Shown here one piece after another: positions 51,082 to 60,671 of a stretch of 64,000 nucleotides of DNA; within the stretch, counting starts at the first letter, position 1, and every line of letters begins with the position of its first letter. The notes below the pieces were generated by a model, which was given only the letters and a program-made list of their open reading frames with translations, had not been told where the DNA came from and did not search any database. The position numbers were made by a program, and so were the translations under genes. This DNA comes from a virus. The DNA lies in the IMG/VR virus record IMGVR_UViG_3300003323_000334, positions 1-64,000 of that record. One strand, given 5' to 3'.

Positions 51082-53363
51082 TTCCTCACGAACCGCATAC
51101 TTTCTCCGCGAACTCTCAGGCCATCCATGAAAAGCGATACCTCGACAAAGACGCTGGCACTATTGAAAAGCTCCATCGTCGCGTCAGTGGAGGTAACGAA
51201 GAATACTTCCGGCTGATGAACAACGCATGGTTCATGCCAAACAGTCCGGCTCTGTTTAACATGGGTACCAAACAGGGAGGAACGTCTAGCGCCTGTTTCG
51301 TGTTCGACCTGGACGACTCTCTTCTGGGAGACTGGCCTAACGGCGGACTTCCCGAACCTTTCGCCAACAGCATTCTAGGAACTACGTTCAAAGCCGCAGC
51401 AGTCGCTAAAGCCGGCGGCGGTGTCGGTTACTATTTGGGCAAACTTCGCGAAGAAGGAGCCGAAGTAAAATCGACGCACAAGAAAGCGTGCGGTCCGGTG
51501 ACAGTGCTGCGCTGGCTTAACGGAATCAACCGACTTATCACACAAGGAGGGAAACGAGCGCTCGCTCAGATGGGGATTCTTGACGCTCATCATCCTGATA
51601 TCAGGAAGTTCATTCACGTTAAGGATGAAAATCCGGATGAACTGTCCAGTTTCAACATAAGCGTGAGCTGGCGTAATGACTGGCTTAAACAGGTCGATTT
51701 CGATATGTTCCCTGTGTTTAACGGGAAAGCGATTTCGACGTTAGGAAAGAACAACCAAACTGCGTTATGGTGGGAACAGTGTCACTCTGCCTGGAAGACA
51801 GGTGACCCTGGGATGTTCTTCTACGACACTATGAATCTATCGAATGTGACCCCTCATATAGGCAACATCAACGCAACCAATCCTTGTGGCGAGACTCCTA
51901 ACTTGTCAGACGAACCTTGTAATCTCGGATCAATCAGTCTGATTAAGTTCGTCCGTAAAATCGGCAACAAGTTCGTGTTTCTATGGGATCTGTTCAAAGA
52001 GGTAGTTCGGGCGTCAATTCGATTCATGGACGACATCCTTGATTGGAACGTATTTCCACATCCAGACATCACGAAAATGGCTTTGTCTACAAGGAAGCTG
52101 GGTTTGGGTGTGATGGGTTACGCCGCAACGCTCCACCTGCTCGGATACGACTACGACACGCAAGACGCGGTCGATTGGGGCGAAGAGTTGATGAAGGTCC
52201 AAAATCAAACGGCTTTGGACGAAAGTGACAAGCTCGGACATTCTAAGGGAGTGTATCCTGCGTTCGATAAAGTCCGATCGCCTCATTGGGCACCAATGGT
52301 CCGCAACAGCACCAGAACGAGCATCGCTCCAACAGGAACTATTTATCTGTTGTCTGACGCCCAGACTAGCGGCATCGAACCGTACTTCGCACTCGAAACA
52401 CAACGTACTACTGGAGAAGGGCTGAAACTGCGAGAATCGGTGAGTGCTGTCGCAGAAACAGGTCGAACGCCCAAACTGGCGAACGAAATCGGGATCGAAT
52501 GGCACGTTCGTCACCAGGCCGCTTTCCAGAAGCACACTGACTTAGGCGTGTCCAAGACGATCAATCTGCCAAAGTCCGCGTCGATCAAGGACGTCAGCGA
52601 TTGCTACCGTCTCATGTGGCAATTAGGTTGTAAAGGCGGGACTATCTATCGCGACGGGTGCCGAGACGATCAAGTGCTCCGAGACGTTAGCAAAAAGACC
52701 ACCAACGTCTATGTATCGGGTAACGTCGAATCAGAGGTGCTAAAGCCGTATCTCGAGGAGATCGAATCGCTCAAGAAAAACGTCGCAACGCTCGCCGCTG
52801 CAACGAAGACTTCGAAATCGCCCCAACGTCGTAAGATGCCGAACGAACGCAACGGCAGCACACACAAATTCAAAATCGGAGGGACTGAAGGATATCTGAC
52901 CGCGAACACCTACGAAGATGGGACTTTAGGCGAAATCTTCGTAGTAGTGGACGGACAAGGATCTACGCTCGACGGATTCCTGGATGCTTGGTGCAAAGCG
53001 TTTAGCACCGCGTTGCAGTACGGAACTCCGTTAGACAAGTTGATCAAACTCCACAAGCACTCGAAGTTTGAACCGGCCGGGTTTACAGGTAATCCTAAAG
53101 TGCCGAACTGCACTTCACTGGTCGATTACATCGTGCGCTGGCTAGAAATTCGTTTTCTCAAACAAACCAAACAGCCGAACATATCAAACGATGTTAAATC
53201 GGCAGTTTTAGAGATTCTAGGCAACACAATTAGCACTGCCGAAACTGAAGTGATGTCAATGATCCGGTCAGGTGAGTTCTGTCCGGATTGTCACGAAGAG
53301 TTGATCCGTCAGGCCGGGTGTCTAGTGTGTGTCACGCCGAAGTGCGGTTTTTCAAAATGTTAA
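51078..53363 (+). CDS. nrdJ: ribonucleotide reductase, large catalytic chain (class II-like)
   Basis: 761 aa. FMPNSPALFNMGT...SSACFV, NATNPCGETPN (active-site Cys/Glu loop), and C-terminal CPDCHEELIRQAGCLVCVTPKCGFSKC. No nrdB-like gene is in the window. The class assignment is inferred. Confidence 0.8.
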   Translation: MIPHEPHTFSANSQAIHEKRYLDKDAGTIEKLHRRVSGGNEEYFRLMNNAWFMPNSPALFNMGTKQGGTSSACFVFDLDDSLLGDWPNGGLPEPFANSILGTTFKAAAVAKAGGGVGYYLGKLREEGAEVKSTHKKACGPVTVLRWLNGINRLITQGGKRALAQMGILDAHHPDIRKFIHVKDENPDELSSFNISVSWRNDWLKQVDFDMFPVFNGKAISTLGKNNQTALWWEQCHSAWKTGDPGMFFYDTMNLSNVTPHIGNINATNPCGETPNLSDEPCNLGSISLIKFVRKIGNKFVFLWDLFKEVVRASIRFMDDILDWNVFPHPDITKMALSTRKLGLGVMGYAATLHLLGYDYDTQDAVDWGEELMKVQNQTALDESDKLGHSKGVYPAFDKVRSPHWAPMVRNSTRTSIAPTGTIYLLSDAQTSGIEPYFALETQRTTGEGLKLRESVSAVAETGRTPKLANEIGIEWHVRHQAAFQKHTDLGVSKTINLPKSASIKDVSDCYRLMWQLGCKGGTIYRDGCRDDQVLRDVSKKTTNVYVSGNVESEVLKPYLEEIESLKKNVATLAAATKTSKSPQRRKMPNERNGSTHKFKIGGTEGYLTANTYEDGTLGEIFVVVDGQGSTLDGFLDAWCKAFSTALQYGTPLDKLIKLHKHSKFEPAGFTGNPKVPNCTSLVDYIVRWLEIRFLKQTKQPNISNDVKSAVLEILGNTISTAETEVMSMIRSGEFCPDCHEELIRQAGCLVCVTPKCGFSKC

Positions 53364-53376
53364 AAGGAGATATATT

Positions 53377-54375
53377 ATGGGCTCGTTCGTTCAACCAAAA
53401 GTCTTCTTGGTCGGTGCTACTGGAGCAAACGTTTCCGGCATCATTGATTACTTGAAGTACACAAAACAGGAAGAGTTTCTCCAAGACATCAACACGGCGT
53501 TAGACAGCGGAATATCTTACGCAGAGGTGCTGTGCAGTCTGTTCGCCAAACTGTGCTACAAGAGTCTGGTGGTCGGCAAGAACGCGAACATCAGCAAGAC
53601 CCGAGAAATCAAAAAGAATCTGGAGGCCACTTACGACGCGGCTCACGGTTCAGTGTTCGAGCACGTCGGGTTAAACTTTCTGCTCACCGACGTTTCTCGG
53701 GTGCTGACGCACGAAGCGGTGAGGCATCGTGTTGGTACCGCATTCAGCCAAACTAGTGGGCGATACTGCCGGCTCGACTCGATCGATTTGGTATGGGATC
53801 CAATTCTTGATCCGGTAAAGGAGTTATTCGACAAGTGCGCGAAGAACATCGAAGACACGGTGTACCTGGCCGAGTGCAAACTCGGACTCAGAAAGCCTCC
53901 TGAAAGGCTTTCTGATAACATCAAGAGCTTAGTCGAACACAACCCGTTATGGTGGAAATACCATTCTGAAAACGGACCTGCTCCAGAACTTCAGTGGGTT
54001 CCAGACAACAGTTTCGATTTCGACAAACGGAAGAAGATCACGTCCGCAATTCGTAGGATTGCTCCTAACGGACAGTCCAACGAAATCGCGATGTCGATCA
54101 ACATCCGGGCATTACGTCACATAGTCCAACTTCGAACAGCACCGGGCGCCGAGTGGGAGATCAGGAACGTGTTCGCTCAGGTGTATCACCTGGTAGCGGC
54201 ACAGTATCCGACAATCTTCTATAAAGCGAAGACCAGGATGATCGACGAGCAGCTTCAGGTTTACGGTATGCGATTGCAACCGTATGAGATTGAAGCCGGA
54301 GATCCGAAAGCACTCAGTTTCTGGACGACAGCAGACCTCAAAGCCGAAGTCGCGAACAGGGAGCTTGCTGAATGA
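53377..54375 (+). CDS. thyX: flavin-dependent thymidylate synthase
   Basis: ATG 53377 has an AAAGGAGA RBS; the track start at 53329 lies inside the RNR gene. LTHEAVRHRVGTAFSQTSGRY is the ThyX RHR-x7-S motif. Confidence 0.85.
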   Translation: MGSFVQPKVFLVGATGANVSGIIDYLKYTKQEEFLQDINTALDSGISYAEVLCSLFAKLCYKSLVVGKNANISKTREIKKNLEATYDAAHGSVFEHVGLNFLLTDVSRVLTHEAVRHRVGTAFSQTSGRYCRLDSIDLVWDPILDPVKELFDKCAKNIEDTVYLAECKLGLRKPPERLSDNIKSLVEHNPLWWKYHSENGPAPELQWVPDNSFDFDKRKKITSAIRRIAPNGQSNEIAMSINIRALRHIVQLRTAPGAEWEIRNVFAQVYHLVAAQYPTIFYKAKTRMIDEQLQVYGMRLQPYEIEAGDPKALSFWTTADLKAEVANRELAE

Positions 54376-54530
54376 ACCGGATAAAATTCTTCTTCCATCG
54401 ATTATTCTATCACTGGATCTGGTATGACAGAAAGAAAGCGTCATACGAGACCATTTGTTTGATGGACGAGCCGTGTATTAAAATCCGCGAATGCGAGTGC
54501 GGATTTTGTCTGTCAACTTTAATCGAGTAG
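54372..54530 (+). CDS. possible 52-aa Cys-rich protein
   Basis: ATGA overlap with the thyX stop. Product MNRIKFFFHRLFYHWIWYDRKKASYETICLMDEPCIKIRECECGFCLSTLIE. It contains the 54480-54507 hairpin, so it may be non-coding. Confidence 0.25.
   Translation: MNRIKFFFHRLFYHWIWYDRKKASYETICLMDEPCIKIRECECGFCLSTLIE
54480..54507 (+). terminator. stem-loop AAAATCCGC / GCGGATTTT after thyX
   Basis: A 9-bp perfect stem with a 10-nt loop. The right arm ends in TTTT. Confidence 0.4.
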
Positions 54531-54533
54531 TCC

Positions 54534-56024
54534 ATGAAACTCCCGACGCTGATTCCTACAACGAAACAGGCCTACGAGTTTTTCCATCGTGGAACTTTAG
54601 CCTTCAGCCAAATGGAAGCTAGAGGAATTAAGATCGATGTGGATTATCTCGAAGCGACTATGACGGACGTGGGAAATCAGATCAAGCAGCTGGAGAGGGA
54701 GTTCAAAGGATCTAAAATCTGGAAGCAGTGGCAGCGACGCTTCGGGGACAAAGCAAACGTTCAAAGCGTGCCTCAATTAGGCACGCTTCTTAAAAGCATT
54801 GGCTACAAGTCGATCGAAAAGACCGATACAGGAAAGGACAAATGGGACGAACGCGCCGTTGAGCGAATCGGGTTGCCGGAACTCAACACCTACATCCTGA
54901 TGAAGAAGCTCAAGAAGGCGAACGGCACTTACTTGAAAGGGATTCATCGCGAGCTAGACTCGGATGGATTTCTTCATCCGTCGTACAATTTGGCGGGAGG
55001 CCTCGAAGACGACCAAAAAGGTGGTGCTATGAGCTATCGTGGCAGCTCTAGCAATCCAAACTTCACGAACATCCCGATCAGAAATAAGACCATTGGGAAG
55101 CTCATCAGAAAAGCGGTAGTCGGGTACGGTGATTTTGAAATCGGTGAAATCGATCACAGCACGATCGAAGTCCGGGTTGCAGGTATGGTGACCCGGGATA
55201 AGCGGCTGATGAACTACGTCAAGAACAGTCCGCCGCTAGACATGCACCGTGATCGAGCGATGGAACTTTTCTTTCTGAAAGAAGATCAGGTCGTAAAGAA
55301 AGGTACCAGAGACGCGGCCAAAAACAAGTTCGTATTTCCACAGTTCTATGGATCGTTCTACGTCGATTGCGCCGAAGCAATTTGGGAGGCTATGGAACGA
55401 GGTGAGTACAAAGTAGGTAAACTGGACGAGAACGGTAACGTTGTTGATTCGGACGTACTGATCAAAGATCACCTGAAAAAGCACGGCGTAACTAAACGCG
55501 GTTTGTGCGATGAGGAACAAGCTCCTAAAAAGGGGACGTTTGAGTATCACGTTAAGACCGTCGAAGACAAAATGTGGAACGAGGTCTTCAAGGAGTATAC
55601 AGCCTGGAAGAAGGCTTCGTACAACAAGTACCTTAAAACAGGCGAGGTTCAACTTCCTACAGGATTCATAGCCCGCGGACCGTACAGACGAAATCAAGTG
55701 TTGAATCTGCCGATTCAAGGACCGGCGTTCCATATTCTGCTTTGGGGGATCATAGAACTTCAGGCCGAGCTAAAACGGCTGAAAATGAAGTCCTACATAT
55801 TCGGCCAAATTCACGACTGCATATTGTGCTACATCCACAAGAAAGAGCGGCAGCAGTTCTTGAACATGGCTAAGGAAATTATGACACAAAAGATCCGCAA
55901 ACACTGGAGTTGGATTAATCTTCCTTTGGAGATTGAGGTCGATATCGTCCCTAGTGGGCTAAGTTGGAATGAAAAGCAACCGTGGCACCAAACTAAAGAG
56001 GGGTTATGGGTGAGCAAAGCGTAA
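54534..56024 (+). CDS. family-A DNA polymerase, polymerase domain only
   Basis: 496 aa. Motif B is RDAAKNKFVFPQFYGS and motif C region is IFGQIHDCILCY. No exonuclease domain is present here; that domain is encoded at 49023-50246. Confidence 0.85.
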   Translation: MKLPTLIPTTKQAYEFFHRGTLAFSQMEARGIKIDVDYLEATMTDVGNQIKQLEREFKGSKIWKQWQRRFGDKANVQSVPQLGTLLKSIGYKSIEKTDTGKDKWDERAVERIGLPELNTYILMKKLKKANGTYLKGIHRELDSDGFLHPSYNLAGGLEDDQKGGAMSYRGSSSNPNFTNIPIRNKTIGKLIRKAVVGYGDFEIGEIDHSTIEVRVAGMVTRDKRLMNYVKNSPPLDMHRDRAMELFFLKEDQVVKKGTRDAAKNKFVFPQFYGSFYVDCAEAIWEAMERGEYKVGKLDENGNVVDSDVLIKDHLKKHGVTKRGLCDEEQAPKKGTFEYHVKTVEDKMWNEVFKEYTAWKKASYNKYLKTGEVQLPTGFIARGPYRRNQVLNLPIQGPAFHILLWGIIELQAELKRLKMKSYIFGQIHDCILCYIHKKERQQFLNMAKEIMTQKIRKHWSWINLPLEIEVDIVPSGLSWNEKQPWHQTKEGLWVSKA

Positions 56025-56224
56025 ACGACAACCGTCCGATCGACGAAGACGGAAAACCGGTTAGCGATCGCGTTTTGAACACTATGATAACGGCCCGATC
56101 GTATTTAGACGCATTAACTCCACATCAGCGTGGATTCGTTATGTGCTGGTACTGTCCGGCGTGCCACGAGTTCATCGGCCCCGGGAAAAAGTTCACTTGC
56201 GGTAAACACACTGAAAACGCGTAA
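56006..56224 (+). CDS. hypothetical protein (CPACHEF...C motif)
   Basis: 72 aa; overlaps the polymerase gene by 19 nt. Confidence 0.4.
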   Translation: MGEQSVNDNRPIDEDGKPVSDRVLNTMITARSYLDALTPHQRGFVMCWYCPACHEFIGPGKKFTCGKHTENA

Positions 56225-56243
56225 CTAAAGGAGATGCTGCTTT

Positions 56244-56528
56244 ATGATCACCATAGTGATCGCAGTCACCTGTGCGGCGCCAGTTCCGACTCATTTAATG
56301 AAGGAACGTGCTCCTGTCGGAACATGGGTGAATCATGGATACGGCTACTTGAGAGTAGCGGAAATAAAAACCAAAAAGAACGGTGATAAGTTCTACCGGT
56401 TAACTGACGTGGTCGAGTCCAACAAAAATTGGAAAATGAATTGGGTCGCAGAACACAATCTGATTGCTGTAATGGAACATCCGGATAAGTTCTTCTTGAT
56501 ATTTAGCGACCCTGAGTTCAACAAATGA
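56244..56528 (+). CDS. hypothetical protein
   Basis: 94 aa with an AAAGGAG RBS. Confidence 0.45.
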   Translation: MITIVIAVTCAAPVPTHLMKERAPVGTWVNHGYGYLRVAEIKTKKNGDKFYRLTDVVESNKNWKMNWVAEHNLIAVMEHPDKFFLIFSDPEFNK

Positions 56529-57301
56529 AAACCTACAAGTTCAAAAGAGGAGTTCTGATCAACGGAGACTGTTTAGACGTCCTTCCAAAACTCAAAGCCG
56601 AATCGGTGGATTTAGTAGTAGCCGATCCGCCGTTTAACATCGGTTACGAATACGACCAATATTTCGACAATTTGCTACCGGAAGAATACTACGCTTGGTC
56701 GTGTAAGTGGATCGACTGCTGCGTTCGCGCACTGAAGCCAACGGGTTCGATGTTCGTGGTGATCGGCGACGAGTACGCGGCGGAGTTGAAGTTCGCGTTA
56801 GACCGCAAACTTCATATGCGGAACTGGATTATCTGGTACTACACTTTTGGTGTGTACTCGAAACACAAATTCGGAAGAGATCATGCTCACATACTTTATT
56901 ACTGCAAAGATCCAAAACAACGAACCTTTCGAGCCGATGATATTAAGGTGCCTTCTAGAAGGCAAACACTATATCAAGATAAACGGGCAGACGCTAAAGG
57001 TCGAGTTCCTGGAGACGTTTGGACCTTTCCTCGAGTCTGTGGAACCTTCAAAGAGCGGAACACCGTCGGCCACAAATGTCAACTCCCCGAATCCCTCGTT
57101 GATCGAATTGTTAAGGTCGCTTCGCGCCCAGGTGGACTCGTTCTCGACCCGTTTGCTGGAACTGGAACGACGCTTGCAGTTTCAAAGCGACTTAAAAGGC
57201 GGTTTATAGGCGTCGAACTGTCAACGCGATATTCACGCTACATTGCGTCGAGAGTGCGCAACGTGCGATCGGGCGCCGATAATAGCTCTGTGCGAAAATA
57301 A
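56525..57301 (+). CDS. DNA methyltransferase, beta-class N6-adenine/N4-cytosine type
   Basis: Motif IV DLVVADPPFNIGYEY precedes motif I VLDPFAGTGTT (beta permutation). No restriction endonuclease partner is seen. Confidence 0.75.
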   Translation: MKTYKFKRGVLINGDCLDVLPKLKAESVDLVVADPPFNIGYEYDQYFDNLLPEEYYAWSCKWIDCCVRALKPTGSMFVVIGDEYAAELKFALDRKLHMRNWIIWYYTFGVYSKHKFGRDHAHILYYCKDPKQRTFRADDIKVPSRRQTLYQDKRADAKGRVPGDVWTFPRVCGTFKERNTVGHKCQLPESLVDRIVKVASRPGGLVLDPFAGTGTTLAVSKRLKRRFIGVELSTRYSRYIASRVRNVRSGADNSSVRK

Positions 57302-57335
57302 CGCACGCTAGACGTGTTAAAAACGAGAGCACGCA

Positions 57336-57731
57336 ATGAGATTGATCGTCAGCGGGGCGCCGAGATACGACGACAAAGAAACCGTATTCAAAATATTGAC
57401 CCGGGAGACTTGGTGTGAAGACGAGGTGATCTTAATAGCCGATCAGCTTCCTGACAAAGAATGGAAGTCCTCGTTCGAGCTAGGACAAGAGTGGCTTCAG
57501 TCCCGATTCGTTCGAGGACACCGAAAGTTCAACAAAGTGATCAGACACTATCCGCCGTTCTCCGGACAAAAGAAATGGAGCGTAGGTGTTCACCACATGC
57601 GGGTGAACATGGTACAAGACGCCGACACTTTGATAGCTTTCAAGGATGTCGGAGCAAATGACTTTCACACGAATGAACTCATTAGACTCGCCAAACTATT
57701 CGACCTCAAAGTAAAGGTTTACTTGGTATGA
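57336..57731 (+). CDS. hypothetical protein (weakly DUF2493/SLOG-like)
   Basis: 131 aa. RLIVSGAPRYDDKETVFKIL ... TLIAF ... layout. The assignment is tentative. Confidence 0.3.
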   Translation: MRLIVSGAPRYDDKETVFKILTRETWCEDEVILIADQLPDKEWKSSFELGQEWLQSRFVRGHRKFNKVIRHYPPFSGQKKWSVGVHHMRVNMVQDADTLIAFKDVGANDFHTNELIRLAKLFDLKVKVYLV

Positions 57732-58657
57732 CCTCGCCTACTGAACTGTACCGCAAATATCGCCCGAAAACGTTGGAGCAAGTTTGCGGTAACGAGAGCG
57801 TCATTAAATCCCTGTCCTCTAAGTTCAAAAAAGGAACGCTGCCGCACGCACTGATGTTCACGGGTGACAGTGGTTGTGGCAAAACGACCTTAGCTCGCAT
57901 CATAAAAAGGAAGCTGAAGTGCTCCGATCATGACTACATGGAGATTAACGCGAGTGAGAACCGCGGGATCGAAATGGCCCGGATGGTTGGGGACACGATT
58001 AGAGCGGTGCCTATGTTCGGCGCCACCCGTCTGTACGTTATTGACGAGGCACAAGGACTGACATCACAGGCACAGAACGCGCTGCTGAAACACCTGGAGG
58101 ATCCTCCGTCACACGCCTACATCGTGCTGTGTACGACCGATCCTGCCAAGATCATCAAAACGATCCACACCAGGTGCACACAGTTCAAAATGACTCCGCC
58201 GTCGGAAGACAAACTCGAAGAACTGATAAAGGAGGTGTGCAAGCGGGAGAAGGTAAAACCACCATCCAGCAAAGTGATAAAACGGATCTGTGACGTGTCA
58301 GAGTGCTTGCCACGAAAAGTGCTGGTACTTTTGGAACAGGTGTACCAACTGAGCAGTGAAGCCGAAATGCTCGACACGCTGCACAAGACCGAAACGAGGC
58401 AGTTGGCGATCGATCTGACCAGGAAGCTAATGCAACCCAAACCTCAATGGAATCAAATCAAAGAGGTGATCAAACAACTGGACGATGACGCCGAACTCAC
58501 CAGGCGAACTGTAATCGGGTACGCTTCCAGTGTTTGTTTAGGAGGCGGTCCGCTCGCGAAACGAGCGGCAGTCATTTACGACGTGTTTCGCGACTTTTTC
58601 GCCAACGGCAAATCGGACTTAGTGTTCGCCTGTTACGCAGTGTGCGCAGGATCATAA
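57728..58657 (+). CDS. clamp loader AAA+ subunit (DNA pol III gamma/tau-like)
   Basis: YRPKTLEQVCGNESVIKSL...LPHALMFTGDSGCGKTTLARII, Walker B YVIDEAQGL, and sensor TTDPAKIIKTIHTRC. Confidence 0.8.
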   Translation: MTSPTELYRKYRPKTLEQVCGNESVIKSLSSKFKKGTLPHALMFTGDSGCGKTTLARIIKRKLKCSDHDYMEINASENRGIEMARMVGDTIRAVPMFGATRLYVIDEAQGLTSQAQNALLKHLEDPPSHAYIVLCTTDPAKIIKTIHTRCTQFKMTPPSEDKLEELIKEVCKREKVKPPSSKVIKRICDVSECLPRKVLVLLEQVYQLSSEAEMLDTLHKTETRQLAIDLTRKLMQPKPQWNQIKEVIKQLDDDAELTRRTVIGYASSVCLGGGPLAKRAAVIYDVFRDFFANGKSDLVFACYAVCAGS

Positions 58658-58693
58658 TCCGACTGCAATAATAGAACAATCAAGGAGAACACA

Positions 58694-59188
58694 ATGAGTA
58701 GTTTCGTCCACATCGATCTAGGCCAGTTAGAACAAGAATGGTTAAAACAACCTAGACTTTACGAGAAGTACGCCACTAAGCTGGCCGAGGCGAAAGCCGA
58801 ACTCGTGTCAGTGGAAGCGCAGTTCGACGTTACCGAAGCCGAGATTAAACTCGAAATCAGGAAGCGTCCTAAAAAGTTCGGTTACGCCGACAAACCGACA
58901 GAAGCGGTGGTGAAAGAACTGCTGGTATCAGACTTGAGATACCAAAAAGCACTGAAGCGAGTGAACGACGCCAAACACACCGTAGACATTTTGGTGGCGA
59001 CCGTTAACACGCTGGAACACAGGAAGCGCACTCTAGAGAACCTAGTAACGCTTCACGGACAGAATTATTTCAGCAAACCAAAAGTGTCCAAGGCGGCCGG
59101 AGATTCGGCCCGGTCCGCCATTGAGTCTCACGGTATGCACCGCGGGACCAAGATTAAGCGCCGAAAGAAGAAGTCCTCCGGTATCTGA
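58694..59188 (+). CDS. coiled-coil protein, recombination-mediator (UvsY-like) candidate
   Basis: 164 aa. Helical protein located immediately upstream of the SSB and recombinase genes. The call rests on context only. Confidence 0.3.
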   Translation: MSSFVHIDLGQLEQEWLKQPRLYEKYATKLAEAKAELVSVEAQFDVTEAEIKLEIRKRPKKFGYADKPTEAVVKELLVSDLRYQKALKRVNDAKHTVDILVATVNTLEHRKRTLENLVTLHGQNYFSKPKVSKAAGDSARSAIESHGMHRGTKIKRRKKKSSGI

Positions 59189-59207
59189 CTCTAACTAAGG
59201 AACAATC

Positions 59208-60602
59208 ATGGGTAAGCGCGATCGCGACCGCCGCAAAGTCAACTACGCGAGCACCAAGAAGTGGGTGGACGATTCGGCCGGTGGATTCACGCCGACAGCT
59301 TTCGAAGTCCCCGAAGGCATGAAGGTGTACCGCTGGAAGAAAGGGAAGAACCGGTTGCGGTTCATTCCCTTCGTCGTCACCAGCGATTACAACTTCGAGA
59401 ACGCCAAAGGTGAGGTGACGTGGACCAAACTCTACAAAGTCCACGACAAGATCGGGCCCGAAGAAAAGCGGTATGCGTGTGCCACGAACTTCGGCAAAAA
59501 CTGTGCGATCTGCATGGGTCTCGCCAAAGACTGGAGGAGGAGCGACTCCGACAAGGATCTGCTCGACGCACAGAAGCAAAAGGACCGACGGCTGTTTTAC
59601 GTTATCGACCTTGACGACAAGGAAGACAACGGTGTTCAGGTTCTAGAGACGGGTCACTACAAAACGTTTGGCGCCATGATGCGCGACGAAATGGACGCTC
59701 TGCCTGACGGTGATCCGGCTCTCGACTTCTGGCACCTCGAAGACGGCATGATCGTCGAGGTGATGTGCAAAGAGGACACGTTCAACGGTCGTCCTTATAA
59801 CGCTCCGTTCAAGATCAACTTCGTCAAGACCAAAGATCAGTACACCGACGACATGCTGGACGAGATCCCGAGTCTGGACGAAGTGCCAAAGGAGATGTCG
59901 CCGAAACAACTCAAAGCCCTCTACAACATGGAGACGGACGGCGACGATGAAGAGGTCGAGGATGACGAACCGGCTACCAAAGTTAAGATCAAGAAAAAGA
60001 AATCCAAAAAGGATGACGAGGACGAAGACGACGATGTTCTAGACATGGACGATGACGATGACACGCCCAAAAAGTCCAAAAACAAGTCCAAGTCCCGAGA
60101 CGAAGACGACGAAGAAGAAACCGACGAAGACGAAGACGAGTTGGACGATAGCGAAGATGAGGAAGAAGAGTCCGATGAGGATGCTGATAACGAAGACGGC
60201 GAAGATGATGAGGATGACGAAGAGGAGGAAGAGGAAAGCCGTCCGAAGAGCAAAGGTAAATTCAAACCAGGTGACCGAGTCACCTTCAAGTACAAAGGGA
60301 AAACATTGAAGGGCAAAATCACCAAAATCAACAAAGCGAACGGACTGGCACTCGTGACAGTTAAAGGACAGGAGCGCCCGGCTTCTGTCGATCTAGACGA
60401 TCTAAAGCTCCTGAAAGACGTGGTTTCAGAGGACGATTCTCCAAAGAAATCCAAAAAGAAGACGAAACCTTCCTCAAAGCGCTCTTCGCGGGACTCCGAA
60501 GACGATGACGAATCGGACGACGACCTCGATTTCTTCGATGACGAGGAAGAGGACGAAGAGGAAGACGAGGACGAGAAGCCGAAGAAAAAGAAGAAGCGTT
60601 AG
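59208..60602 (+). CDS. gp32-like ssDNA-binding protein with long acidic C-terminal region containing an SH3/KOW-like insert
   Basis: NRLRFIPF, the Cys cluster YACATNFGKNCAICMG, and RRLFYVIDLDDKEDNGVQVLETG parallel T4 gp32 features. The C-terminal ~220 aa are Asp/Glu/Lys-rich, interrupted by KFKPGDRVTFKYKGKTLKGKITKINKANGLALVTVKG (60258-60410). Confidence 0.6.
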   Translation: MGKRDRDRRKVNYASTKKWVDDSAGGFTPTAFEVPEGMKVYRWKKGKNRLRFIPFVVTSDYNFENAKGEVTWTKLYKVHDKIGPEEKRYACATNFGKNCAICMGLAKDWRRSDSDKDLLDAQKQKDRRLFYVIDLDDKEDNGVQVLETGHYKTFGAMMRDEMDALPDGDPALDFWHLEDGMIVEVMCKEDTFNGRPYNAPFKINFVKTKDQYTDDMLDEIPSLDEVPKEMSPKQLKALYNMETDGDDEEVEDDEPATKVKIKKKKSKKDDEDEDDDVLDMDDDDDTPKKSKNKSKSRDEDDEEETDEDEDELDDSEDEEEESDEDADNEDGEDDEDDEEEEEESRPKSKGKFKPGDRVTFKYKGKTLKGKITKINKANGLALVTVKGQERPASVDLDDLKLLKDVVSEDDSPKKSKKKTKPSSKRSSRDSEDDDESDDDLDFFDDEEEDEEEDEDEKPKKKKKR

Positions 60603-60618
60603 TCCTGTCTGACTCGCG

Positions 60619-60656
60619 AAGGCGGGGTGTTGCTCGCACAGCACCCCGCCTTTTCT
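60619..60656 (+). terminator. rho-independent terminator
   Basis: An 11-bp perfect stem AAGGCGGGGTG / CACCCCGCCTT with a 12-nt loop and a TTTTCTT run. Confidence 0.8.
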
Positions 60657-60671
60657 TATGGAGGGCTTTAA

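Noticed and set aside
59921-60454. 177-aa minus-strand Ser-rich ORF
   Set aside because: It is the antisense shadow of the acidic C-terminal region of the SSB gene, the same artefact as above.
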